A program made the translations under genes and the position numbers. A stretch of DNA of 63,389 bases, counting the filler, from Octopus bimaculoides (lineage: Eukaryota), in assembly GCF_001194135.2 (NCBI RefSeq). It is 6 parts of 6 records of this genome, joined end to end, with 100 filler letters (N's around TTAATTAATTAA, not from the genome) between each part and the next. Parts side by side here need not be neighbours in the genome. Positions count along the whole stretch, not along the records: positions 30,171 to 51,275 come from NC_068983.1; positions 51,376 to 54,968 come from NC_068992.1; 4 more parts are not named here. One strand, 5' to 3'. This document shows positions 40,346 to 53,687 of this stretch, one piece after another (the stretch's first letter is position 1; every line of letters begins with the position of its first letter). The notes under the pieces were generated by a model. The model searched no databases. It saw nothing but the letters and a program-made list of their open reading frames with translations, and had not been told where the DNA came from.

Positions 40346-41140
40346 AGTTTGATTGAGTAAATTGAACGCAAGGTTGTAGAAGAGAATATTCTAAGAATTT
40401 AAAGAATGCAACTTGATAATTGGTAGCTATTTTCTACTGTAATACAATTTCTTGTCCTTGTTTTTTCTATCTCTGTTCACTGACATTTTCTCACTGTTAT
40501 TGATTATCTTTCCTACTGATTCCTTGTCGGAATCCGACAGAATTCCGTATTTTCTGATTACAAATCAAAGCTGACGTCCTTTCTATTGTATTAGAGATAT
40601 TCCCTGCAACTCGAATGGAGAATGTCTTCTGATGGAGCTTAGTACTGCCGCTGGGTATTTCTAATAGCAATATCATGATATAGGGGGATGCTTTAATAGA
40701 AATATAAAGCCAGTTTTGATACGTTCTGTACTTCCTTTTTCTAAATGAATTTCAATCGGCAGATCTAACCCCTGACCCTATTTTGCACTGGGTCCATCGC
40801 TTATCATGAGATATCGCTTCATTTCATTTGCAGATGTATCATAATCCTTCAATGTACAAGTGACACTGGAAGCATTTAGACTTCAAAATATAAAATACTT
40901 AACGTGAAACGGTCCAGTTTGCCATCAACTTTATTTTCCCTTTTACACTCAGCCTAAAAATCGCTTTCGCTCTCGAGTCCGGTCTGTATAACCATGGAAA
41001 CGCAGACACCCTATGAGTTCCAGAAAAATAAATAATTCTAAATTGACCATCCATGGTTTTGAAACGACCATCGTAAGGCGCACGTTCCGATGCTATCATT
41101 GATCTGTGTGTTCATACGTGTGTGCATGTACACTCGTATG

Positions 41141-41263
<123 letters not shown>

Positions 41264-41544
41264 CCAAGAGAAGCTGGAAATGCGCTGATGGTTTGTTTTT
41301 AAAGGTTCAACTGGTTTCACAAATGTTTCTGATTTTCAAAAGTTGAGATAGATAAACGTCTGGCTATGGCGTAGTTCCCTTGTTTCTGACTGGTTTTCGA
41401 AAATTCTATTATTTTTACAGAGAGAACATGGTTCAAATCACTCTCTGTTTACGATACAATCTGTTTGGCAGAGGATGGTCACGTGATTAAGTTTAGAAAT
41501 CTTTGTACGTTTCCTGCGACGTTTGTTGGCATTACTCACATTAA

Positions 41545-41830
41545 CACGCGGTTTGTGTTGTGTTCTTGAGCAAGACACTTTATTTCACATTGCTTCAGTT
41601 AACTCAGCTGTAGAAATGAGTTGCTGCATCACTGGTGCCAAGCTGTATCAGCCTCTTTCCTTTTCCTTTGGATAACATCGGTGACGTGTAGAGGGGAGGC
41701 TACTATGTATAGGCAACTGTTGGTCTTTAATAAACAACCTTGAGCCTGAGATTTGTGCCTCGGAAACGAATTTTCTAGGAGTAATACCATGGTCATTCGC
41801 GACCGAAGCGGGCCTTCACCTTTTGTTACG
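41545..41830 (+). mobile_element. SINE family C (CORE/V-like central region)
   Basis: gttgtgttcttgagcaagacactttatttcacattgcttcagttaactcagctgtagaaatgag resembles SINE central domains; the domain assignment is not verified. Confidence 0.55.
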
Positions 41831-42226
41831 TAGCTATAAAATTATGTTTTCAACAAAATTCGTGCGTTAGTGTCATGTGAGAAGAAGGCCATGATTGAGC
41901 TCGAATTTAAAGGTATCGACTGTGTAAATTCAGCATGTCAAGTGGAAGAATGTGTTTGTGTGAGTAATTGTTGGTGACTGTACTTTGTCAAAGTTAATTC
42001 AATTGTGGTCTGTATTTATGGACGAACATATTTCCTATAGTTATTCGTGTTTGATCTGCGGAATTCGGGGGACTTCTCGCACGTACGTCTATGTGCGCAC
42101 TCAGTGGGATCTGTCTAGAACTAGGGTCTCACACTTGTGGACGATGAATAGTCAGTCTATTTCTGAGAGAGAGTTTTATCTGGCCTATGCAATTCTAGTC
42201 ACATCCTTTACGTTTTAAAGCATACA

Positions 42227-42307
<81 letters not shown>

Positions 42308-42896
42308 GTGGGTTTTGGTAATTAAATCGTCATTGGTAGTACTCAATAGATAGAATGCGAGTTAATGTGAGCATGCCTACAATAATAGATATGTTTCCAT
42401 ATCTTTTTAATTACTCGGAAAATTTACATTTACATATATGCAATAGTTACTTCAAGGAACGATAAAGGTAGATAAATATAAATAAGAAATAAGGGGTTAT
42501 AGTGAATATATTAGTGGCTGTGAGGGTAAATAAAGGGGAATGTCTATGATGGTAGGGGTGAATTTAGGGAATGAGGGGTGTGAGGGGTTATTATTTGTGT
42601 TTTCAGAATAGGTTGCGTCATCTATGTTTGCATGTAAAAATTATGCTGTCGCATTCATTAAGACAATAAGTGGATTGCATAATAGCGAAGTCTTTGGCTA
42701 TGCAGAAATCGCATTTGTTATAATACGTGGAGTATGGTTTAGCGTGGGTGACTACGGACCACTTATGAGTGTAAGAAATTGATTTGTTCTGGAGTTTATG
42801 GAGAAGGTGAGATAAAACATTTCTATATTTAAGAGATGAGGAATTATGTACATTATTTACATTTGACGGATATTTGTCCTCATCTTGTTTGTTGTT

Positions 42897-42942
42897 AACA
42901 CAACGTTTCGGCTGATATACCCTTCAGCCTTCATCAGGTGTC
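42897..42942 (-). ncRNA. Minimal type I hammerhead ribozyme (family 1), intact
   Basis: GACAC CUGAUGA A GGCUG AAGGGUAUAU CAGCC GAAA CG UU GUGUU: 5-bp stem I, 5-bp stem II, loopless palindromic stem III, GUU triplet. Confidence 0.8.
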
Positions 42943-42997
42943 TGGGGGAAATTTCGAACCTGGGTTCCCATTCCTAAGGTATTTTTCGATGTTGTTG

Positions 42998-43068
<71 letters not shown>

Positions 43069-44282
43069 GTTCAGTAGTTTTATTTTTATAACGTGCTTTC
43101 ACTTCACTACCGAGTGCAGCTCTGTGCGCCTTGGGTATGTGCTGTGGTTTGCTGNNNNNNNNNNNNNNNNNNNNNNNNNNNNNNNNNNNNNNNNNNNNNN
43201 NNNNNNNNNNNNNNNNNNNNNNNNNNNNNNNNNNNNNNNNNNNNNNNNNNNNNNNNNNNNNNNNNNNNNNNNNNNNNNNNNNNNNNNNNNNNNNNNNNNN
43301 NNNNNNNNNNNNNNNNNNNNNNNNNNNNNNNNNNNNNNNNNNNNNNNNNNNNNNNNNNNNNNNNNNNNNNNNNNNNNNNNNNNNNNNNNNNNNNNNNNNN
43401 NNNNNNNNNNNNNNNNNNNNNNNNNNNNNNNNNNNNNNNNNNNNNNNNNNNNNNNNNNNNNNNNNNNNNNNNNNNNNNNNNNNNNNNNNNNNNNNNNNNN
43501 NNNNNNNNNNNNNNNNNNNNNNNNNNNNNNNNNNNNNNNNNNNNNNNNNNNNNNNNNNNNNNNNNNNNNNNNNNNNNNNNNNNNNNNNNNNNNNNNNNNN
43601 NNNNNNNNNNNNNNNNNNNNNNNNNNNNNNNNNNNNNNNNNNNNNNNNNNNNNNNNNNNNNNNNNNNNNNNNNNNNNNNNNNNNNNNNNNNNNNNNNNNN
43701 NNNNNNNNNNNNNNNNNNNNNNNNNNNNNNNNNNNNNNNNNNNNNNNNNNNNNNNNNNNNNNNNNNNNNNNNNNNNNNNNNNNNNNNNNNNNNNNNNNNN
43801 NNNNNNNNNNNNNNNNNNNNNNNNNNNNNNNNNNNNNNNNNNNNNNNNNNNNNNNNNNNNNNNNNNNNNNNNNNNNNNNNNNNNNNNNNNNNNNNNNNNN
43901 NNNNNNNNNNNNNNNNNNNNNNNNNNNNNNNNNNNNNNNNNNNNNNNNNNNNNNNNNNNNNNNNNNNNNNNNNNNNNNNNNNNNNNNNNNNNNNNNNNNN
44001 NNNNNNNNNNNNNNNNNNNNNNNNNNNNNNNNNNNNNNNNNNNNNNNNNNNNNNNNNNNNNNNNNNNNNNNNNNNNNNNNNNNNNNNNNNNNNNNNNNNN
44101 NNNNNNNNNNGATACCCATTATCTTGTTTTTAGCATTGAGCTCTGTTTTTAGTATTGATCTAACTCGTCTATAGTACTCTTTCTTTATTTTTTCTTTCGT
44201 TTGTGTATGTTGTATCCTATCTAGTTCATTGACTCCTAAATATTTGTATGGTTGGCTTTTGTCTAGTTCTCTTATTTCATTT
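43069..44282 (-). mobile_element. 5'-truncated Dong-like LINE inserted in (TAA)n
   Basis: 43069-43154 is the reverse complement of the 3' UTR at 30390-30478. 44111-44280 encodes ELDKSQPYKYLGVNELDRIQHTQTKEKIKKEYYRRVRSILKTELNAKNKI. (TTA)n flanks both sides; the middle is an N gap. Confidence 0.85.
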
Positions 44283-44284
44283 TA

Positions 44285-44376
<92 letters not shown>

Positions 44377-45039
44377 TCGCTGCTTGGAATCGAACTCGGA
44401 ATCTTGGGGTTTGTAACCCGCGCCTTAAACCGCTACGCCATATGCCCGTGGGTATATCAGCCGAAATGTTGTGTTAACAGCAAACAAGATTAGGACAAAT
44501 ATCCGTCAAATGTAAATAATGTAAATAAAGTTGAGATAGAGATGTACTGTTGGATTTTGTTTGGGACGTGAAGCTGGAGCAGTGGTCGCCCACTTTAGCT
44601 TTGAAAGTGATGCTGCACGAGCCGATATATATATGTAGTTACGCTAGCCAGCTGACAGTGTGCACCTGTAAACGATATCTTCGTAAGAAACCTATGAACC
44701 TATGCAGCGTCTGCAAATGCATAGGTTCATAGGCGGTGTTCTGGGTGAGTTTGTAGGATGATTGCTGTTTAGTGAAGGACCCGCGTTAGGTTCGTTATTA
44801 GTGACAGCGTTAAATGTATGTGTGTTAAATATATATGAGTGTATATATATATGAGTGTATATATATATATGAGTGTATATATATATATGAGTGTATATAT
44901 ATATATATATTGTATCTGTATTACGTTATATCTTTATCACTTGCAAACATGATGAGCATATCTATGGATTTGCAGATGTCTGAGCAGTTAAACCTAGGAT
45001 TACCGTACGCCTCTTTCTTCACCTCTGCTGCTGCTGCTG

Positions 45040-45107
<68 letters not shown>

Positions 45108-45252
45108 GCTGCTGCTGTTGCTGCTACTATTACGAGTATATATGATATATAAACAAATATATATTCAGATGTACACACGCACACATACACACTCATTCAC
45201 TCACACATACACATATCACACACTCAGGCATTTATGCATATAGTCGTGTGTA

Positions 45253-45293
<41 letters not shown>

Positions 45294-45439
45294 CTATGAG
45301 TATGTGGCTATGTGTCTATGCGTGGGTGTGTGTGTTTGTGTGGTTGAAATAAATTGATTCTTTAGCAGCTGGCAAAAGTCTCTCTTGAATTCTTCGACCT
45401 TAGCAAGTTTAGTAGAGATCCGATATTCCAGCAACTGCG

Positions 45440-45670
45440 GCTATGTCTTCATATAACCATCCTACACTACCACTCTACTTCTACCACCACAACCGCTACC
45501 ACACCATCGGCACCACGACCACCTGCATCACCAGGACCACGACAACGACGACGACCACCACCACGGCGTCATCACTCATCTATCTCCATTCCTCCACCAT
45601 CATAACTACCATTATCATTACTCTACTTCACTACCACTATCTAACCACCACCACCACCACCATGATCGGT

Positions 45671-45712
<42 letters not shown>

Positions 45713-45742
45713 TTCATCATCATCTTCATCATCATCATCTTT

Positions 45743-45778
<36 letters not shown>

Positions 45779-45854
45779 TTCATCATCTTTATCATCATCA
45801 TCATCATCATCATCATCGTCATCATCATCATCATCACCATCACCATCATCATCG

Positions 45855-45885
<31 letters not shown>

Positions 45886-45916
45886 GACCACCNNNNNNNN
45901 NNCCACCATGATCGGT

Positions 45917-45958
<42 letters not shown>

Positions 45959-45988
45959 TTCATCATCATCTTCATCATCATCATCTTT

Positions 45989-46024
<36 letters not shown>

Positions 46025-46190
46025 TTCATCATCTTTATCATCATCATCATCATCATCGTCATCACCATCATCATCATCATCACCATCATCATCGTCATCG
46101 TCATCATCATCATCATCATCATCATCATGACCACCACCACCACCACCACCATCATCATCATTATCATCATCATCATGACCATACAGTAAT
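45440..46190. repeat. Compound (CAC)n/(CAT)n trinucleotide tract
   Basis: Directly visible; about 240 nt appears twice either side of the 10-N gap at 45893-45902. Confidence 0.92.
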
Positions 46191-47829
46191 CAGATGAAGA
46201 GCTTGAGTAAAAAGATGAAGAATATATTACAAGAAACTTCTCTCCCACCGAGAAAGAAAAAAAAATCTAATTAGAAAAGAAATTGATTTTCGTGATTATC
46301 GTATTTATTGATAGAGTGCAATATAGAATTTAACTTTGTTCTTCATCTCAACCGGTCCCTCTCCTCTGGTTTTCCCAGTCTATTCCAATATTACGGTTTT
46401 GAGCAGATATTATTTCTTCACTTCAGACGGATTACATTCAATAAAGAAACAACCCCTTCACTGATGGTTTGCAACTATCAGAGCATGACGTCACACTCTG
46501 ATAGGAATAACTGAGGGTTGTTACTGTTTTAATAAATGCTGTTAAATACTGTCAGGAGAGTGATCGAAGTGCATGTATCGGATGTATAGAGAATCCGTTA
46601 TTAGGATTTCTGCTGTATTTAGCCAGAAAATAGATACTGATGGCTGGCAGGAAGAAGAGGAAAGCAGTGAATCTATTTACAAATATAACCGTTAGGTTTG
46701 TTCACTAAACATTCTGTCATGTACTCTGGTGTTCCTCTGGGTTTGGAAATCTGCTTATAGAACCTCTACAGTGGGATTTCAACTGTACACTGCAAGCGTT
46801 GAAGCGCTCGTCACCTACCGTAGCTGAGTGCCTTGATGGACTGGGTCATAACAGTTAAATACCTTAATTATTGACACAATGTTACGCCGATGATATAATA
46901 GGAACCCGTGACCTGCAAGCTTGTTGAACAATTCTTACACAAATATAGATCCAGTTTGCCATAAACGTTTAATGATAACACATGAAGCAGAACCTACGGA
47001 CTCAGAACAACCATATTAGCGATCTATTATCATCCTCGGTGGTGTGAAGAATGACTCTGTGTGATTCGAAACTTAGACTCTAACATTCCAAATAAAGTAG
47101 TAGAGAGTGATTAATTTCAATGCCAATCTCTTGTTCAACTTGAATATTATTTCCTATAAATAATAGTTGCTCATCAAAGCAGCCGACCAGATATTAGGAC
47201 GAGGAGTTTGCCAAAGGAATGGACATCAGTACTTGACTATCTCTTTATTTTATCGACCCATACCGAAGACAATTGATTTCGGTGAGATGTGAACTTAGAA
47301 TGTAAAGAGCCAAAAAAAAATAAATAAATAAATAAACAAAATGTTTTTTTCCAACTGATTCAACCGATTTTTATTTTCTGTATTCAAATATCAGTTCTTT
47401 GTTGATTTTTCCACATAGGAGCGTGGCCAGTTTGATGTCCACACCATTTAGCAGCTCGGTAACGATAGAAAGCAAATGAGATGACTTCAAATGAAGACTG
47501 AAATCCATTTGAACGAAATAAAAATAATATTCAACCAATATATAGCTTTATATTTTCTCTTTGTAAATTGAAGAATTAAATGACCCCGTCTTCGGGAATC
47601 TTCTGAATTTTTCAGCAAGATATGTTTCGATGCTAGAACATGGAACGCATTCCATAATGGTTTAATAAAATATCACAATGAGTTCCGGCCGTGTCGAAAC
47701 CCTATAGGAAACTGTAGTGAAACTTACAATGAAGTCCTACTCCAAAATCTGCGACGATTGTATTTCTACATCTTCTAAGGTGCTTAAGAAAGCTATCCCT
47801 CCACCGTCTGGCTTGGTGTCGTTCAGTAA

Positions 47830-48010
47830 GACATTTCAACCTCTACCTCCATTCACCTGCTGTGTCTCCACTCTCTATCTTTTCTACCACTACTACAATG
47901 GCCTCTGCTCTTCCAAAATGGCAGATATGTTATCCTTTCTACTCAAGCCCCAGGTCTCACCTGTATTTTGCTCATATACATTAGGACGAATACCAACTAT
48001 TAATCCCAAT
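47830..48010 (+). mobile_element. L2/CR1-group LINE C-terminal fragment
   Basis: CCVSTLYLFYHYYNGLCSSKMA resembles the RR.VASLSLFYRYY.G.CSSEL pattern at the end of CR1/L2-group ORF2. Confidence 0.6.
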
Positions 48011-48192
48011 CCTTCCTCCCAGTAATTCTCCACCCCCTGCAATTCCTTCCCTGTCCATATTCTCTTTGCAGTCAAAAAGTTTCATCAATTAGGTTCATCT
48101 CAACAAACTAAACATAAAGAGATGCCACCGTTTTCATCCCACCCTCGCCATTACCAATTAACTTTAATGATAATACAGTTCTATATTCAAGA

Positions 48193-48307
48193 GATGAGGA
48201 ATTATTTACATTATTTACATTTGACAGATATTTGTCCTCATCTTGTTTGTTGTTAACACAACGTTTCGGCTGATATACCCTCCAGCCTTCATCAGGTGTC
48301 TTGGGGC

Positions 48308-48358
<51 letters not shown>

Positions 48359-48514
48359 TCGAAAAATACCTTAGGAATGAGAACTCAGGTTCGAAATTTC
48401 CCCAAGACACCCGATGAAGGCTGGAGGGTATTTCAGCCGAAGCGTTGTATTAACAACAAACAAGATGAGGACAAATATCCGTCGAATGTAAATAATGTAA
48501 ATAATGTAAATAAT
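48193..48514 (+). mobile_element. Family 1 hammerhead element, copy B, with inverted 5' duplication
   Basis: 48193-48305 is the inverted copy of the 3' end, followed by GGGCATA (first bases of the tRNA head), (ATA)n, body, degenerate hammerhead 48406-48451 and the tail. Confidence 0.82.
48255..48300 (-). ncRNA. Minimal type I hammerhead ribozyme (family 1), intact
   Basis: GACAC CUGAUGA A GGCUG GAGGGUAUAU CAGCC GAAA CG UU GUGUU. Confidence 0.8.
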
Positions 48515-48839
48515 GATATCTCTACTTTTAGAAATGCATGCAACCCACCACTTCTGTTTCCCGTCTCATATGCCGGACGCCTTGCGTCTATCTGAGCAGT
48601 GTATTAATTTCGCCTGAACTATAGAGTTAGGAATTGATTGAATATAGGGGCTTGGAGATCGTCATGTTACCCCTATCTGGATTGTATTTATTTCTCCAAT
48701 ATTCTACTGAAATCTAACCTTTAACTCTACTTTAGCCTGGACAATCTGGAACGGACCACCCCTCTGACTCCATCAGGGAAATAAATAGCAACATAATTCA
48801 AGGATAATATTCAATAATAATTCGCATTATTATTTTAGC

Positions 48840-48970
48840 GTGGGTGTGGGTGGGGATGTTTCGGCGAGGGTAAAAGTCGATTACATTGACCCCAATATTT
48901 GATTGGTATTTATTTTATCGACCTTGAATGGTTGGAAGGCAAAGTAGACATTCGAACTTAGAACCAAAAG
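48840..48970 (-). mobile_element. Decayed SINE family B
   Basis: gtcgattacattgacccc...ggtatttattttatcgacc...gaaggcaaagtagac...ttcgaacttagaac; similar remnants at about 47190-47320 and 49370-49440. Confidence 0.65.
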
Positions 48971-49025
48971 AAATGCAGCTAAACGTTTTGTCCTACAAGA
49001 TAATGATTTTGCCAGCTCGTCACCT

Positions 49026-49088
<63 letters not shown>

Positions 49089-49170
49089 ATGATAGTTGAT
49101 ATGTTTGATTTCCGTAGTCAGGCTTTACATTGTAGAGGGAGAGATGGAAAAGAAAGAGTGAAAGATAGAT

Positions 49171-49232
<62 letters not shown>

Positions 49233-49274
49233 NNNNNNNNNNNNNNNNNNNNNNNNNNNNNNNNNNNNNNNNNN

Positions 49275-49324
<50 letters not shown>

Positions 49325-51050
49325 AACATAAGAGGTGCATATACGAGGCTTGGTGTTAGGCAAAGAGCAAAAGAATTTACCCTTCATCCTTTCGAAGTCG
49401 ATAAGGACCAGTTGAGCACAGGGGTTTGTGCCAAAGTGTGAAACCAATAATTAACTGGTAGTAAATCAACGACTCCGATGAAGGTTCACAAAACTTGATA
49501 TAAAAATCGTTTGTAGTTTCTGCTTTGACCAGTTCCTGTTGTGCAGCCAGACTCTAAGCGCATGTGATCAAGAGATTCGAGGATTCATTATATACGAACT
49601 CTGTTGATACGTAATCTATATCAATTTTGGGATCAATAATGACAATAATTGGATTGTTATCGATTCGTCACCTTAGCAAAATAAACCTTGACTTATTAGG
49701 CAGTGACAGATATTTATTTTCGACTTGGATCAGATAAGTATCTGTTTTATAATAGGTAAACACTGCAACCAACACAAAAAGCAACTATAGGAAGCGGTTA
49801 TTAGATTAGTTTGTTAGTCTGGAGAATAACAGAGTATTTGTAAATAGCTTGACGTATCATTGTAAATAAATTATTTATGAATTTTGTGTTTAACAGGAGA
49901 TCTGTGCAAAGAAATCAATGTATATTTTTAAACCTTACCATTGTCTGAATTCCTGTATGTTTATTTTTGTGTTTAGTTGTTGAAATCGTTGCTATTTCAT
50001 TGAGAACGAAATACAAGCTGTTTGCTGGAGATTGCAATCAGATTTGAACGAGAGAATCTTTGTCTCAGAAGTCGAGCAACTTAGCAGAAAGAATTCACGT
50101 CTAAGAACACCGACTAATACCTATATTGAAGAGATAAAAGGAATAAATTTGATTCTATAAGCACATAATATTGATTGCTAACCAATTTCAATAGACTAAC
50201 CTAACATCATATCTACATAGTAGGAATGAATCTTTCTTCTATGTAATGACATCGTTGAAACATGTTAGTTAGATTTCATTTCAGATCAATAAAACTAGCA
50301 GTTTGAAAACGATTTCAGAGTTTTGTCAATACTTTAACATTTGAATTAATGTTTGTATATGTAAATGGACAGTATTAGTTAGGTATGGCGACATTATAAC
50401 ACAGAATTCATCTGAATTTCAAATCTACCATCTCAATGTACAAAGAACTTCTAAAAGAAGCCATTTTATCGATAAATATATTGTGGTATCATTTTAATGA
50501 AGTCGACTTGTGGATAGCTTCACTTCATTTTCCTACAATTATAACTTTGTAACTCTCATAAAAAAATAAACTTTAGCTGCGTACTTTTTTTTAACGCTTT
50601 CGGAAAATATTTGATTTTATATCACAAAATCTTATAATCAGAATATTTTCTGCAAGAATATTCTCAATACAGGAAAATAATTGGAGTGAAAAAAAAAGGG
50701 AAACGGTTACTGTATATTTCAATAGAATAAAATCACCATTTTTATTGGCAGGACGGCAGTTCACATTGTTTTCATCCATTTGGAAGAAATAGGATCACAA
50801 GTAAAGAACACACACACATATATATATGTACATTTGTCTGAAATATTACTGTGCATGAGTGTATGTGTGTGTAGGCAAGTTTACTGAAATACCATGTTAT
50901 ATCATATCCGCTGATCTAAAATAATATCCATGCAACTCAGTGACATGTTAATATCAAATGGATCAAACTGAAATAGTGAATTTTGGGATATTATTATACA
51001 GTTAAACATCTATGTAGCTGTCTGTCTGTCTGTCTGTTTGCCTGCCTGCA

Positions 51051-51130
<80 letters not shown>

Positions 51131-51151
51131 CATCTGCCTATCTATCTATCC

Positions 51152-51275
<124 letters not shown>

Positions 51276-51375
51276 NNNNNNNNNNNNNNNNNNNNNNNNN
51301 NNNNNNNNNNNNNNNNNNNTTAATTAATTAANNNNNNNNNNNNNNNNNNNNNNNNNNNNNNNNNNNNNNNNNNNN
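51276..51375. other. Artificial contig linker 44N-TTAATTAATTAA-44N
   Basis: Same 100-nt construct. Confidence 0.97.
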
Positions 51376-52959
51376 TATATATATATATATATATATATAT
51401 GCATACACAGGTACGTATGACATATCAGCAGACATACTCGCCCCCCCCCCCACACACACACAAACACATCTGTGTATAAGTATACACGTTCTTTGCTGTC
51501 AAACGTGAAACCGTGCCAGCTGTTCGCACAAAGAGATCACCAGACACTACTCTCTGTCTATTGGTAATATTTAAATGCAATATTACTAACAATTAATGGT
51601 GTTATACTAACTTGTTGCTTAGGTTACGTGCTTTATCTATTAAGCATGATCACCTAACGCATAGCGATGTGGCCTATATGTGGTCTCTTGACTTGCTAGA
51701 AATAAGTACTAAATTTCGGAAAGTCAGATCCAAACTTTTGGAGTCATATTTGATGTAATCGAGCATGAAATCGAACATAGCGCTGATCAAACGACAATCC
51801 AGCCGTGAATATCACATTTAAAATATGAAATAGTTATGTGTGTATATGTTTGAGCACCCATAATCAATCAGGACGGATGCCCTTGGTTAAATTACAACAA
51901 CCAAAACAACAATAATATAATATTTTAGGAGCCAACGAAGGAGGCTTTTTGATTTGTTAATGACCTGATGTGTTAGAAATAACAGCGAAATCCCCTTTAA
52001 TGCGCACTCTATCGTCTATAAAAGAAAAGAGCATACTTGGTTAGATGATAATGTGTAGTTCCACATAGAGAAAGGCGATGTGGTCACGGTTGGTATACTT
52101 TTGGTCAGAGATTTGCTGGATTAAGGTTGGCCTGGGGCTAAATAGCAGCGATAACAACAACAAAAACAACAACAACAGCAACAGAAGGAACCACAATGAC
52201 AATATCACCAAAATCTCCACCAAGCAAAAAATAATAATAACAAGAATAACAACATGAAACAGCAAATTAAAAAAAACCAAGCAAAAATACTAACAGCAAC
52301 AGCAAGAGGAAGGAGGAGGAGGAGGAGGAGGGGAGGAGACGAAGGAGAAAAGATATTGGAGGAGGAGAAGAGAAAGGAGGAGGAAATAATAATGATTAAA
52401 GTAATATTCTATCCTGTACAATTAACATACAATTAACATATGGTGTTGTTATTTAATCGTTTGTCGTTATTGTGTATATTCCCTTTTAATTATGTTGGTT
52501 TCCAAATTATTCAATGAGTTTAAATTAACAACAACAACAACTAAAATATTGCATCAGGATATTTTAATTTGGCAATGAATTGTTGCATTTTAATTTAATT
52601 AAAGACATTTATAAAATTTAAAAAAATAAAAGAAATGTTTCTAAGTAGCTGAAGGGCAATCTCTGAACTTTTACGGGTAAACGAATGTCAATATTAATGA
52701 ATTTAAATACATTTATACCCTAATACATGTATCATTATGTATGTATGTCATTATTCCGTGGTATTTCAAGATTTCTTGCCAATGGAGAAAGAGCCAGTTT
52801 CTATCCGAGATCCAAGGCCCCTTCATTGGAATTTCAACATCAACAGGATATTTTTGTATGTATGTATATGTGCAGATTTGTATGCTTTGTTTTATGCATG
52901 TATTCCCATGCATATAGTTGCATATCTAGACATGCTCATATATATTTAAATGATAAACT

Positions 52960-53262
52960 TCTGGAAAGTTTTACAGATTTTTACAGTTCCAGTGATGGAT
53001 TCGATCTATAGTCTTCGAATTAGCTTTTTCCTTTCTGGTTTTAAGAAGCCTACTTTCTCAAGATTTGTGTTTAGGCAGTGTGTTACATATCCAGTGCCAC
53101 AGTAATTACAGATATAAACCTGAACTTGTAATCTGGATAGAGTAACTGCATATTTCTCCATAGTTCAGCATAGATATTCTCTTTTTCACTGGTCTTCAGC
53201 TTTATGTTAACATCCACAGGGCAGCTGATTTATACAACTGTGCTCAGTTTCTCTTCTCTATC
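52960..53262 (-). mobile_element. RLE-type LINE 3' fragment (same family as 12962-13290)
   Basis: Shares ctttttcactg.tcttcag.tttatgttaacatcc...gggcagct...ttctcttctctatcccaaat; continues ENIYAELWRNMQLLYPDYKF. Confidence 0.75.
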
Positions 53263-53687
53263 CCAAATGTGTGTGTATGTGCGCACGCGCGTTTTTGTGT
53301 CTATGTATGTTCTGTTGTTAAGTATTTAAATTCTTCCCCTGAGTAAAGAACGGGTTTCTAAGATACAACCATTCATCTTTAAAATATAGATAAAGAACAC
53401 AATGTCACATTTTAAACTTGAGAAAAGTCATGCATATTTTTACTTTTCCTCTTACAGATTATATTTGTAATGTGCGAGTTAGTTGGTTGATTGCTTTTAC
53501 TTTTTCAGTTAGGCATTTACCCACAATACCCAGTGCACCAATTATTGGTTTCAATGTGAATTTATTATCTGGGTACAGAATATGTATGAAAGTATGTATG
53601 TATGTATGTATGTATGTATGTATGTATGTATGTATGTATGTATGTATGTATATATATATGTATGTATGTATGTATGTATAAACATAT

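Larger units (their letters stand above)
42837..44528 (-). mobile_element. Hammerhead-bearing tRNA-headed non-autonomous element (family 1), copy A, split by a nested LINE
   Basis: Minus strand order: inverted 80-nt copy of the 3' end (44449-44528), tRNA-like head with A/B boxes (44373-44447), (AAT)n, nested LINE, (AAT)n, body, hammerhead (42897-42942), tail ...tgtaaataatgtacataattcctcatc. Confidence 0.8.

Noticed and set aside
40420-41040. Short minus-strand open frames with acceptor-like sites (RKYGILSDSDKESVGK..., VSAFPWLYRPDSR...)
   Set aside because: No recognisable homology, and competing frames are equally plausible.
44373-44447. Possible tRNA gene
   Set aside because: A and B boxes are present but the acceptor stem does not close, and it runs into (AAT)n and a repeat body; it is a SINE-type head. 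The same applies to SINE A and B heads.
45443-46248. 248-aa poly-Ile and 203-aa poly-Met ORFs
   Set aside because: (CAT)n microsatellite; the segment is duplicated across a 10-N gap, probably an unmerged contig overlap.
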